DNA of 32,136 nucleotides from Oligoflexales bacterium (GTDB lineage: Bacteria > Bdellovibrionota_B > Oligoflexia > Oligoflexales > Bog-1112): assembly GCA_045105515.1 (NCBI GenBank), contig JBGCDR010000400.1, positions 1 through 32,136 on the forward strand, written 5' to 3'. Positions 8,583 through 17,311 of the stretch are shown here, one piece after another. The stretch's first letter is position 1, and every line of letters begins with the position of its first letter. Made by a program: the position numbers and the translations under genes. Under the pieces are notes generated by a model, which did no database searches, was not told where the DNA came from, and saw only the letters and a program-made list of their open reading frames with translations.

Positions 8583-9845
8583 ATGATTAGCTCTTCTTTT
8601 TATCTTTCGCTAAGGAGCATGCGTAATCGCATGCTGAGCTCCAGTTTAACACTACTCTCCATAGCTCTCAGTGTTGCGCTACTACTAGGTGTGCAGAGGG
8701 TGAGAGAAGGTGCACGAGAGAGTTTCGAGAATACTATTGCTGATACAGATATCATTGTTGGTGCTCGAAGTGGCCCAGTGCAATTACTGCTATATTCAGT
8801 TTTTCACATTGGGAATGCTACGCAAAATATTAGCTGGGAATCTTATCAAAAGTGGAGGGGGCATCCTGAAGTTTCATGGGTTATCCCAATCTCTTTAGGA
8901 GATTCCCATAGAGGCTTTCGTGTTGTGGGGACTGACGACAGGTTTTTTGCAAACTATAAATTCGGGCGCAAAAAGTTGTTAAGTTTTAGAGAGGGAAGTT
9001 CTTTTAACGATCTATTTCATGTGGCTCTAGGTGCAGAAGTAGCTAAAGAATTGGGATACAAATTGGGTGATAACTTGGTTCTTTCCCATGGCATCAGTGA
9101 CGTTTCCTTTCAGGATCACGAAAATAAGCCTTTTACGGTTTCAGGAATTTTAGAAAAAACGGGAACTCCGGTCGATCGCTCCTTGTTTATATCTCTTGAG
9201 GGTCTAAGCGCGATGCACGCTGATTGGGAAAGTGGTGCTCCTCCTTTGCCTGGCACTGAGCTTTCGGCAGAGCAGGTCAGGACTATGGACCTAACTCCCA
9301 ATGATGTGACAGCAATGTTAGTAGGTTTAAAGTCGAAGATGGGTATTTTTCAACTGCAGCGGGAAATCAACAGTGATAAAGAAGAAGCTCTGCTAGCTAT
9401 TTTGCCTGGTGTTACCTTTAGGGAGTTATGGGATACCCTTGGGGTGGCGGAGTCAGCTTTACTGATGATTGCTTTTTTTGTAGTTATTGCTGGAATTCTG
9501 GGAATGTCGTCATCAATTTTGACTGCACTGAATGAACGGCGCAGAGAAATTGCAATTATTCGCTCCCTTGGGGCTAAGCCTTCAGATATCTTTATGCTTT
9601 TGCTTAGCGAATCAGTATTCTTGGGTTTTGGAGGCTGTATGCTAGGCATCTTAATGATTTACCTTAGTTTATGGATTAGCCAACCTTTTGTTGAGTCGTA
9701 CTTCGGTCTTTTCATCCCAATAAAAGCTCTTGGCTTGTTTGACTTGTATTTAATACTTTGTGTATTTTTACTATCTGTTGTTTCTGGAATCCTTCCTGCA
9801 ATGAAGGCTTACCGTCAGTCATTACTTGATGGTTTAATGGTTTAA
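8583..9845 (+). CDS. ABC transporter permease (FtsX/MacB family)
   Basis: MacB-type periplasmic core, PISLGDSHRGFRVVGT motif typical of DUF2796-associated permeases, ERRREIAIIRSLGA FtsX motif. Confidence 0.93.
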   Translation: MISSSFYLSLRSMRNRMLSSSLTLLSIALSVALLLGVQRVREGARESFENTIADTDIIVGARSGPVQLLLYSVFHIGNATQNISWESYQKWRGHPEVSWVIPISLGDSHRGFRVVGTDDRFFANYKFGRKKLLSFREGSSFNDLFHVALGAEVAKELGYKLGDNLVLSHGISDVSFQDHENKPFTVSGILEKTGTPVDRSLFISLEGLSAMHADWESGAPPLPGTELSAEQVRTMDLTPNDVTAMLVGLKSKMGIFQLQREINSDKEEALLAILPGVTFRELWDTLGVAESALLMIAFFVVIAGILGMSSSILTALNERRREIAIIRSLGAKPSDIFMLLLSESVFLGFGGCMLGILMIYLSLWISQPFVESYFGLFIPIKALGLFDLYLILCVFLLSVVSGILPAMKAYRQSLLDGLMV

Positions 9846-9904
9846 CGATCAAGTTATAAAGCTATCTAGATATTGCCAAAATTGCTGCTTGATTTATAGG
9901 CGAT

Positions 9905-9928
9905 AATTCATAAAATATTTTATGAATT
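9905..9928. repeat. Perfect 24-bp palindrome AATTCATAAAATATTTTATGAATT
   Basis: The sequence equals its own reverse complement; it is intergenic between the permease and the MazG-like gene. Confidence 0.9.
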
Positions 9929-10036
9929 TGTTAAATTTATTATTTCTTAATGAAATATTAATAATTAAGGTAGTTTACCTTCGCTAGAGTCTTGTAGATA
10001 CTTGCGAGTGATTAGAGTCATAGTTAGAGGTCTATA

Positions 10037-10402
10037 ATGGATAGTAGCACCAGTGTTGAACAACTTAAGGATCTAGTTAAGAAATTCTGTAGTGAGCGTG
10101 ATTGGGATCAATTTCATACCGCAAAAGATCTTGCTATTGGGCTAATTACAGAAGCTTCTGAAGTCTTAGAACATTTTCGTTTTCAGTCTGAGTCTGATGT
10201 GAAGGAACTTTTTGCCTCCCCTGCGCGCAAAGAACAGATCGAAGATGAGCTAGCAGATACATTATTCTTTATTCTTAGATTTGGAGAAAGATATAATATT
10301 GATTTAGCTACAGTTATGGCAAGGAAACTCGAAAAAAATGCCTTGAAATACCCTGTAGAAAAGTGCCGAGGTCTCAACAAGAAATACACCGAACTAAACT
10401 AA
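10037..10402 (+). CDS. MazG-like nucleotide pyrophosphohydrolase (dCTP pyrophosphatase type)
   Basis: ERDWDQFH..KDLA....EASEVLEHF, EDELAD and KN..KYP motifs. Confidence 0.92.
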   Translation: MDSSTSVEQLKDLVKKFCSERDWDQFHTAKDLAIGLITEASEVLEHFRFQSESDVKELFASPARKEQIEDELADTLFFILRFGERYNIDLATVMARKLEKNALKYPVEKCRGLNKKYTELN

Positions 10403-10563
10403 TTAGTATATATAACAGACTCTTAAGACACAGTTATGAAAGTGTCTCTCTTACCATGGGTACTCTCCCAAACTTCACTAAAAATGTTATTATAGTATTG
10501 TATATCTCACTTTTGAGTCCATTCGAAGTGTAGCATATTTTGATAGTTTGCATAGGAGCTCGG

Positions 10564-12276
10564 ATGCAGAAGTTGTTACTGGTGGAAGATGATGCGAACG
10601 TCCTTGAGCATTTGAAGACTTTCTTGAATGATGAATGGATTGTTATTACCGCAAGTAATGGCCAAGAAGGAGCAGCACGATTTTTAGAAAATCCTGATAT
10701 TGTCGGTGTATTAACTGATCTACACATGCCGATTATGAGTGGATTTGAGATGCTGCGTAAAATCCGTATGCAACCTAACGGTCTGAAACCAGTATTTTTA
10801 GCTTTCTCGGGATATTTTGATGATGAATCCATAGAGTCACTTAATGAATTAGGAAAAGTAATAAAACTTGTGAAGCCTGTAAGTGGTGAAAGGCTAAAGC
10901 AAGTAATGAAGGCAGCCATACTTTTCGAAGATCTAGGTGACCGTGAAAAATCTACTGATAATGATCGAAAAAAGAATATTCTAGTTGTTGATGACTCTCC
11001 AGGTATTCGCCAAGCATTCAAAGAGTATTTTGTTAACTCTCCCGATTATCACATTTATCTGGCTTCAGACGCAAAAGAAGGTGAAGAGGTTTTTGTTTCT
11101 GGTAAGCAAATCGACTTCATCTTTAGTGATATAGAAATGGGAGAAGTCAATGGTCTACAGTTTATCAGTAGGATCCGCAACCTCGCAAAAGGTGAATTGG
11201 TTCCTGTGGTTATAATGAGTACTTATGTAAATCAAGAGCTGAAAAAAGAAGGAGAATCCCTTGGAGTTTTAGCCTACTTGAATAAACCTTTCCATTTGGA
11301 ATCGGTAGCTAAAGTTATCAAACTTTGGATTGCAAAATCAGCTAAGCAGGAGATAGGTAAAGGTAGCCTTACGGATGTTTTTCAGAAATTGTTATCATCA
11401 TCAAATCTGCCGGAAGAAACCAAAGATGCTTTCAAAAAACGCATGCAAAAATACCTGAATGATCTAAATTTGAGAAAAGATGGTTTACTAAATGAAATCA
11501 TAGAAAGGGAAAAAATTGAAAACCTCATGATCAGAAATAATATTGCTATGCAAGAATTGACTGATCAAAAGGCAAAAATTGTGCGTATGTTATGTCACGA
11601 TTTAAGCAATTCAATTACTATAATTAAAGCATCTGCATTAAGAGAAAAGAAATACCTCGAGCCTAGCGCGAATCATAAAAATCTAGACAGAATTTTAAGA
11701 GCAGTGAGTAATGTTGAAGATATGGTGTCACAGGTTAAAACACTAGAGGCAGTTTCAACTGGGAAAGAGACCTTAAAACTAGAACCAGTCAACCTCAAAA
11801 ATATATTCGATGAGGTGGAATTTACCTTTGAAGAAAAGTTAAAAGAAAAAAGTATGAAGCTAGATTTTTTATTTGATAAAAAACAAGATTACTTCGTTGA
11901 AGCTGATCGTATTTCTTTGATAAATCAAGTCTTAAATAACGTTATATCCAATGCAATTAAATTTAGTTTAAAAGGTGGAACTATTAGAACTTCCATTGAT
12001 AAAATGAAGAACAATCGTCTAAAAGTTAGCATTCAAGACTATGGCATTGGTATGCCGGAGACTCTCGTTCGGGGTCTTTTCTCCTTCAATGAAAAAACAT
12101 CAAGACCAGGGACAAATAATGAGCAAGGTACTGGGTTTGGTATGCCTCTTGTAAAATCTTTTATGGACTCCTATGGAGGAGAAGTTAAGATAGAATCAAC
12201 CGAAAAATCCTCTGAAGAGGACGTGCATGGCACAATAGTGCACCTATATTTTAAGGTTCCTGAATCCAAGCGATAA
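10564..12276 (+). CDS. Cytoplasmic hybrid histidine kinase with two N-terminal receiver domains (REC-REC-HisKA-HATPase)
   Basis: REC1 LLVEDD/TDLHMP/KP; REC2 LVVDDS/SDIEM/KPF; H-box CHDLSN, N-box NNVISNAIKF, G1 DYGIG, G2 GTGFG. The ATG at 10564 is preceded by AGGAG. Confidence 0.9.
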   Translation: MQKLLLVEDDANVLEHLKTFLNDEWIVITASNGQEGAARFLENPDIVGVLTDLHMPIMSGFEMLRKIRMQPNGLKPVFLAFSGYFDDESIESLNELGKVIKLVKPVSGERLKQVMKAAILFEDLGDREKSTDNDRKKNILVVDDSPGIRQAFKEYFVNSPDYHIYLASDAKEGEEVFVSGKQIDFIFSDIEMGEVNGLQFISRIRNLAKGELVPVVIMSTYVNQELKKEGESLGVLAYLNKPFHLESVAKVIKLWIAKSAKQEIGKGSLTDVFQKLLSSSNLPEETKDAFKKRMQKYLNDLNLRKDGLLNEIIEREKIENLMIRNNIAMQELTDQKAKIVRMLCHDLSNSITIIKASALREKKYLEPSANHKNLDRILRAVSNVEDMVSQVKTLEAVSTGKETLKLEPVNLKNIFDEVEFTFEEKLKEKSMKLDFLFDKKQDYFVEADRISLINQVLNNVISNAIKFSLKGGTIRTSIDKMKNNRLKVSIQDYGIGMPETLVRGLFSFNEKTSRPGTNNEQGTGFGMPLVKSFMDSYGGEVKIESTEKSSEEDVHGTIVHLYFKVPESKR

Positions 12277-12614
12277 AAAGATAGATTTTTTCAGATTACC
12301 GAAATTTTTTGCATACTAAAATTAGGCCGTTTCGATTTTTGAATTCATGCCCTCCCAATATTAATTCTCCTATATAAAAAAATGATTTTATCTATAATTT
12401 TCATTTACTAATTCGTAAAAAAATATTAACAATTATATTATAGATGTCCGTTGCAAAAAATAATGAAATCTGCAGTTGCTTTTTTATCCGACATAATTTA
12501 GCTTTGCTTGTGTCCAGAGTACTACAGTTTTTTAGCCCTAGTAGGGCTCACAATAGATACCTATTCGATCGAACAAAAAAGATTGCTTTATTTTTTGAAT
12601 AAGGAAAAGCAAAT

Positions 12615-14033
12615 ATGGTTCGTTGTTGGATATTTCTAATTAGTCTGTTCTGTAGTGTCATTAGTTTTTCTTCTTTTTCGTATTCATTTCAAGACTATCT
12701 TATTATTGATAATGCTAACCAGTTCTTTGAGTTCGATCCAGGTGCTCTTGTTGAAAGGGCGTTAGGGAAATCTCGTCCTGTTTACCCCGATTTTGAAGCT
12801 AATCGTCTGCAAGAATTTATAACTCAAGCTCAGTCAAGCTTAGATATTGAAATCTATGAATTGCGCAGCGAATCCGTCAAGGAATCTATTTTTTTGGCTC
12901 TAAAAAAGGGAGTGCAGGTTCGCATTCTTGCGGAACCAGATCCTGTAGGAAATGGTTGTGATGCTTTTTCGCGATTCAATATTACAAACAATGAACATTG
13001 TGAGGAAAGCTATCAATTCACTAAGGAATTTGAGAAATTAGCAAAAATACAAAAAAAGAACAATAAATCTATCAGGTCAGAAATTGTCTATTTTAACAAA
13101 AATCTTTGTTGGGATCCCAAAAAGTCCAAACAAAGCTTTTGTTACCAGCATGGCAAGATAGTTTTAAGAGATGAAAAATTATTGCTTCTGAGCACAGGAA
13201 ATTTTAATAGTTCGAGTTTATGTGAAACGATCTATCATAAGGAAAATACCTGCAATCGCGATTTTACCGTAGTTATAGAAAATGAGTCTGCTGTTAATGC
13301 ATTAACTGAAATTTTTAACCTAGATTTTAAAGTAGCAACACATTGTGATGTTCCGCCAAAAAATCCTCGAAGTAATAATGTTATCCGTAAGTATACAGAA
13401 GGTAGGTGTTATGGAAAAGAAAAGCAAGTGGATGCAGTTGCTCACCGACAAAGAGTTGCGAATGCATTAAAAACCCATAAAGTAAATGATCTGTTAACAG
13501 TTAGTCCGATATCAGCTAACAAAATCATAGGTATGTTAAAAGGAGCAAGAAAATCAATTAAAATTCATGCTCAGTACCTTAAAGATCCAGACTGGCATTC
13601 TGCTATTATGAGTGCGTTGTCTAGAAATGTTCAGGTCCAACTTACTCTTGCAAGCTTTTGCCACTTCAACCAACGGGGAGGAGTAGGATTTATTGAAAAG
13701 AAAACATTATTCGGACCTAACGGCTATATTTCAAAATGGCTGGACCCTCTTTTTCATGGGTCAAAAGGGCTGCTGAGTCTCCGCATATTCAATCAGTCGA
13801 TTCCTGAGCAAGAGTCTGGCAAGTTGGGATACCAGCACGCTAAAGCTTTTGTAGTCGATGATAAGGTGGGTTGGATAGGATCAGTAAATGGATCCTTTAC
13901 TTCAACAAATATCAATAGAGAGTTTGGAATTTTCCTTCATGATCCTCAAGCTGTAAGTCATTTGGCAGAGGTAATGGACTTTGATCATGGCAATGGAATA
14001 AGCTTACAGCAGCATATTCCAAATATTGATTAG
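12615..14033 (+). CDS. Secreted phospholipase D superfamily protein (two HKD motifs)
   Basis: Signal peptide; HGKIVLRD...STGN and HAKAFVVD...GSVN...NRE motifs. Confidence 0.9.
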   Translation: MVRCWIFLISLFCSVISFSSFSYSFQDYLIIDNANQFFEFDPGALVERALGKSRPVYPDFEANRLQEFITQAQSSLDIEIYELRSESVKESIFLALKKGVQVRILAEPDPVGNGCDAFSRFNITNNEHCEESYQFTKEFEKLAKIQKKNNKSIRSEIVYFNKNLCWDPKKSKQSFCYQHGKIVLRDEKLLLLSTGNFNSSSLCETIYHKENTCNRDFTVVIENESAVNALTEIFNLDFKVATHCDVPPKNPRSNNVIRKYTEGRCYGKEKQVDAVAHRQRVANALKTHKVNDLLTVSPISANKIIGMLKGARKSIKIHAQYLKDPDWHSAIMSALSRNVQVQLTLASFCHFNQRGGVGFIEKKTLFGPNGYISKWLDPLFHGSKGLLSLRIFNQSIPEQESGKLGYQHAKAFVVDDKVGWIGSVNGSFTSTNINREFGIFLHDPQAVSHLAEVMDFDHGNGISLQQHIPNID

Positions 14034-14260
14034 GAGCCCACTAAAGGACATGCCCCCATTGGAACTTGCAAGATCTTTGAGAAAAATAAGCAGCAAAAAA
14101 TTGGGGGTAAGAGGAGGCCTGCGAATAAGTGGATTGAAGATGCTGAAGACGCAGATGACTCCTCTCTGCAAGAGAGCTTGAGCGAGAATTCTGAATAAGA
14201 AGTTTAGAAACCCAGAAAGTGTTACATAATCGGCTTATTTGTTTTTGGCTCAGTCCTGCT

Positions 14261-15892
14261 TTAAAGTAAACCAGGGCCAATTCCAGCGGTTTTCTGGTAT
14301 GCAGCCTGTTTTACTCCATCTCTTAAAAGAATATGATTGCTTGCTAATCGACCACTCACAACCGCTTTTTCCATCAAAGCTGCTGGGAAATCTAAACGAA
14401 CCCAATCGCCACAGTAAAGGAGGTTTCTAATACCTTGTTTGGTAGCTGAAGTGCAACTTGGTGCGATCGAAGCTTGTCCAACTTCAAAAGAAGTGAAATC
14501 GTCATAAGATCCCATCGAAAAATCAATTGCTTGGGCTCTCTTCATCTCTGGCATGATTTCGTAAAAGGTTGGCTTTACCTGATTCCAGGTTTGAACCTCA
14601 TCTAGTGCCTTCCAAGATGGGATATTGTACAAATGAAATTCGATTATCGACCCACCTGTTGATTGAGACCATTGTTTGCTTTCTTTTTCTAAGTGATGAA
14701 ACTGCCCTATCAGGTTGATGGGAGGATGCTCCGGGCATTCGATGATGTCCGGTCTATTCTTATTTGGAGCTTTATCAAACCAAACTCGTAGTACCTTGTA
14801 GTGAGGTGCAGGTTTCAACTGGTTAAATTGTTTTGAAATTTCTGTTAGAGCAGTTTCGCTATGAAAGTCATTTGCTTGACTGTTTGCGAGAATTTTCTTG
14901 CTGCCTGGAACATGACTCGCCAAAACTACCCAATCAAAGAGATCTTCACGGTCTGTTGTTCGGCATATTTTTTGATTATCTACAAGCAGTCCAGGAACAG
15001 CGCTCGAAAATTCTAAAGTAACTCCCAATTTTCGAAGTTTATTAATGAGAGGGCCAATCACGGCGCTTTCATGATCTATGATGCTCATCTTTCTATTCAT
15101 TGCGCGTGGTTGGCCAGTGAAATATAGGTGCATGAAATGGGCCATTTCAGCCGCACTTATAGAACTTGGATCATTTAATGTTACACTTGCAGCTGGATAA
15201 ACAAAAATATCATAGAACTTTTTATCCATGCCTATTTTATCTGCCCATTCTGGGAGGCTCATTCCATCAAGGCGAGAAACATTGGTGCTATGATCATATA
15301 ACAATACATCTTTGATGATACCAAGCATCTTAGCCCCTTCCAGAACATTAAAATTTGGCGAACGTCTGAGGAGGTTAAGCATGTTTAAAGGATAGATAGG
15401 AGGGGCACTTTTAAGGACCTCAGGTTTATATTTTCTATATTCAAAATGGACTTCATTATAATCACGAAAATTTTTCTCAACCTTTAGCCGTTTAATGATA
15501 TCAGAGAAAGTATGGTAGTTATCAAACCACATGTGAAGCCCATGCTCCACCTTAAAAGTTCCTACCTTAGTTCGTTCTGTGCGAGTATGGAGCCTACCTC
15601 CTGGGATTGCTGCTGCTTCGCGAATCGTAACATTGTATCCCCGTTCAGCTAGTTCAAGAGCTGCAGAGAGGCCTGCTAAACCAGAGCCGATGATTAGAAC
15701 CTTTTTTTCTGCTGCAGTAGTACGAGGGGCATTAGGGTTTATAGGTGGGATTATCTCTGCTTTCCTAGGGACTGCTTCAACTTTGCTATTTTTGAGAGCA
15801 TAGGCTAGGCCTGTGCCAGTAAATGCGCTTTGTTTAATAAAAGTTCGTCTTTTTAATTGATCACTGGAGAAAAATTTCCTGTATATGCTCAT
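14261..15892 (-). CDS. FAD-dependent oxidoreductase, CrtU (carotenoid phi-ring synthase)-like, with Tat signal
   Basis: KRRTFIK twin-arginine motif; GSGLAGL...ELAERG...GGR dinucleotide fold; EHGLHMWFDNY, GSIIEFHLY and GDWV...PAALMEKAVVSG motifs resembling CrtU. Confidence 0.8.
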   Translation of the reverse strand: MSIYRKFFSSDQLKRRTFIKQSAFTGTGLAYALKNSKVEAVPRKAEIIPPINPNAPRTTAAEKKVLIIGSGLAGLSAALELAERGYNVTIREAAAIPGGRLHTRTERTKVGTFKVEHGLHMWFDNYHTFSDIIKRLKVEKNFRDYNEVHFEYRKYKPEVLKSAPPIYPLNMLNLLRRSPNFNVLEGAKMLGIIKDVLLYDHSTNVSRLDGMSLPEWADKIGMDKKFYDIFVYPAASVTLNDPSSISAAEMAHFMHLYFTGQPRAMNRKMSIIDHESAVIGPLINKLRKLGVTLEFSSAVPGLLVDNQKICRTTDREDLFDWVVLASHVPGSKKILANSQANDFHSETALTEISKQFNQLKPAPHYKVLRVWFDKAPNKNRPDIIECPEHPPINLIGQFHHLEKESKQWSQSTGGSIIEFHLYNIPSWKALDEVQTWNQVKPTFYEIMPEMKRAQAIDFSMGSYDDFTSFEVGQASIAPSCTSATKQGIRNLLYCGDWVRLDFPAALMEKAVVSGRLASNHILLRDGVKQAAYQKTAGIGPGLL

Positions 15893-16025
15893 GGCTTTAG
15901 CTCCTGGTTTTCGGTTGTTTTAAAAACTGTTACCACGAAGCGTTTATAAAAAAAACTTATGAATGAGGTTTTTGGTTTAAGAAAGCAGAATTAAAGTACG
16001 ATTTATACCAAATTTATTTTCTATA

Positions 16026-17180
16026 TTATTTTTTTACCAATGAATTTTCTGACGAATCTTTTTCAAGAGAAAGATTTTTTTTCTTTTTTTCAAATACAAT
16101 CGAAAAATTTGAATAAGGCAGCTTTTTGTGAACTAGCCTAAAAGTTTTTCTTTTAAATCCCGAAGGAAGTTTCAGTGAGTTGATATGTTCCATAGAGGGT
16201 TTGAGTTTTGCTGCAAAGGAAGACAGCTGATGAAATGCGATTGGTCTGGGGCTGGTAGAGAGATTTCGTAAAGGAAAAGCTTTTATACTATTGGGAATGA
16301 TCCCTTTTGTTTTGAGCATAATTTGTACTCCCATTCCTTCTCCATAAGGGCTCATACCTGTGTGGAGAAAATTTCCTAAGGAGTAAAAAATTGCCGCAAA
16401 TTTTCCCTTTGAAGACTGCAAAACTTCCCAACCTTGAAGAACATGTGGGTGGTGAGCAAATACAAGGTCTCCATCATACTTTTCAACAAACTCATGGGCT
16501 ATTTGGACTATTTTGTCAGTTGGTTCTCTCTTGCGCTCAATCCCTCCGTGTAAGCTTAAAATTCTTATATGAACAGGTGCATTTTTAAGAGCTCTAAATA
16601 ATTTTTTTCTGTTGTTGAAATTTCCTATGGATGTAGAAGAGGAATTTTTCCATTCCTTAATAGAAATCATTCCAACCTTAATTTGGTTTTTATTCATGGT
16701 TGCTACCTTAAGGAGTCTTTCTGCGCTGCTGTCAATTCCATGAAAACGTATTAGCGGATTCTTTGAAGTTAGGATGTTAAATACTTTGTTTATTTCTTTT
16801 GTTGGGTTCGGATCTAGGCAGTCCAATGTATGATTATTAGCTAGAGCAAATAAATTGAATCCCCATTTAGCAAAACCAATTAGAATTTCTGGCTTCATAA
16901 CGAAGGTATATTTTTTTTTCGTAAAGATCTTGCATGATCGAGATAAGGAACCTTCAAAATTTAAGAAGTTAATGTCTTTAGATTTTAAAAGATTGATATT
17001 TTTCAATCTTTCTTCGATAAACTTTGGTGAACTCGAGTTAATAGACTTTAGATTAAAGATAATTCCTGCGTCTCCAAAAGCGCTAATTTTAATCGGTTTT
17101 TCTATTATTTTTCCAAATCCCAGACATGGAATTAAAGCAATATAAGATAAAAAGAGAAAATTCCGTAAAATTAGATGCAT
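16026..17180 (-). CDS. CapA/PGA_cap-family metallophosphatase
   Basis: GD, NFEG, LANNH.LD, SLHGG, HHPHVLQ and YSLGNF motifs; N-terminal hydrophobic segment. Start uncertain (17180, 17189 or 17231). Confidence 0.88.
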   Translation of the reverse strand: MHLILRNFLFLSYIALIPCLGFGKIIEKPIKISAFGDAGIIFNLKSINSSSPKFIEERLKNINLLKSKDINFLNFEGSLSRSCKIFTKKKYTFVMKPEILIGFAKWGFNLFALANNHTLDCLDPNPTKEINKVFNILTSKNPLIRFHGIDSSAERLLKVATMNKNQIKVGMISIKEWKNSSSTSIGNFNNRKKLFRALKNAPVHIRILSLHGGIERKREPTDKIVQIAHEFVEKYDGDLVFAHHPHVLQGWEVLQSSKGKFAAIFYSLGNFLHTGMSPYGEGMGVQIMLKTKGIIPNSIKAFPLRNLSTSPRPIAFHQLSSFAAKLKPSMEHINSLKLPSGFKRKTFRLVHKKLPYSNFSIVFEKKKKNLSLEKDSSENSLVKK

Positions 17181-17311
17181 AAAATACATACCTTTGACCG
17201 CGAAACAAGGCAGACATCGGCTTGTATACAATTTTATTTAATTGATAAAATAAATATTTTATAATGTTAATGCGTTAACTTATGCTCGGTCGTTCAGATT
17301 TCTTCAAACCG

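Noticed and set aside
10434..11021. 195-aa minus-strand ORF
   Set aside because: Antisense to the well-supported hybrid kinase, with no recognisable motifs.
10037..14033. MazG-like + PLD genes as an anti-phage defence system
   Set aside because: The genes are separated by a kinase and long spacers, the PLD has a signal peptide, and no helicase, methylase or other defence partner is present.
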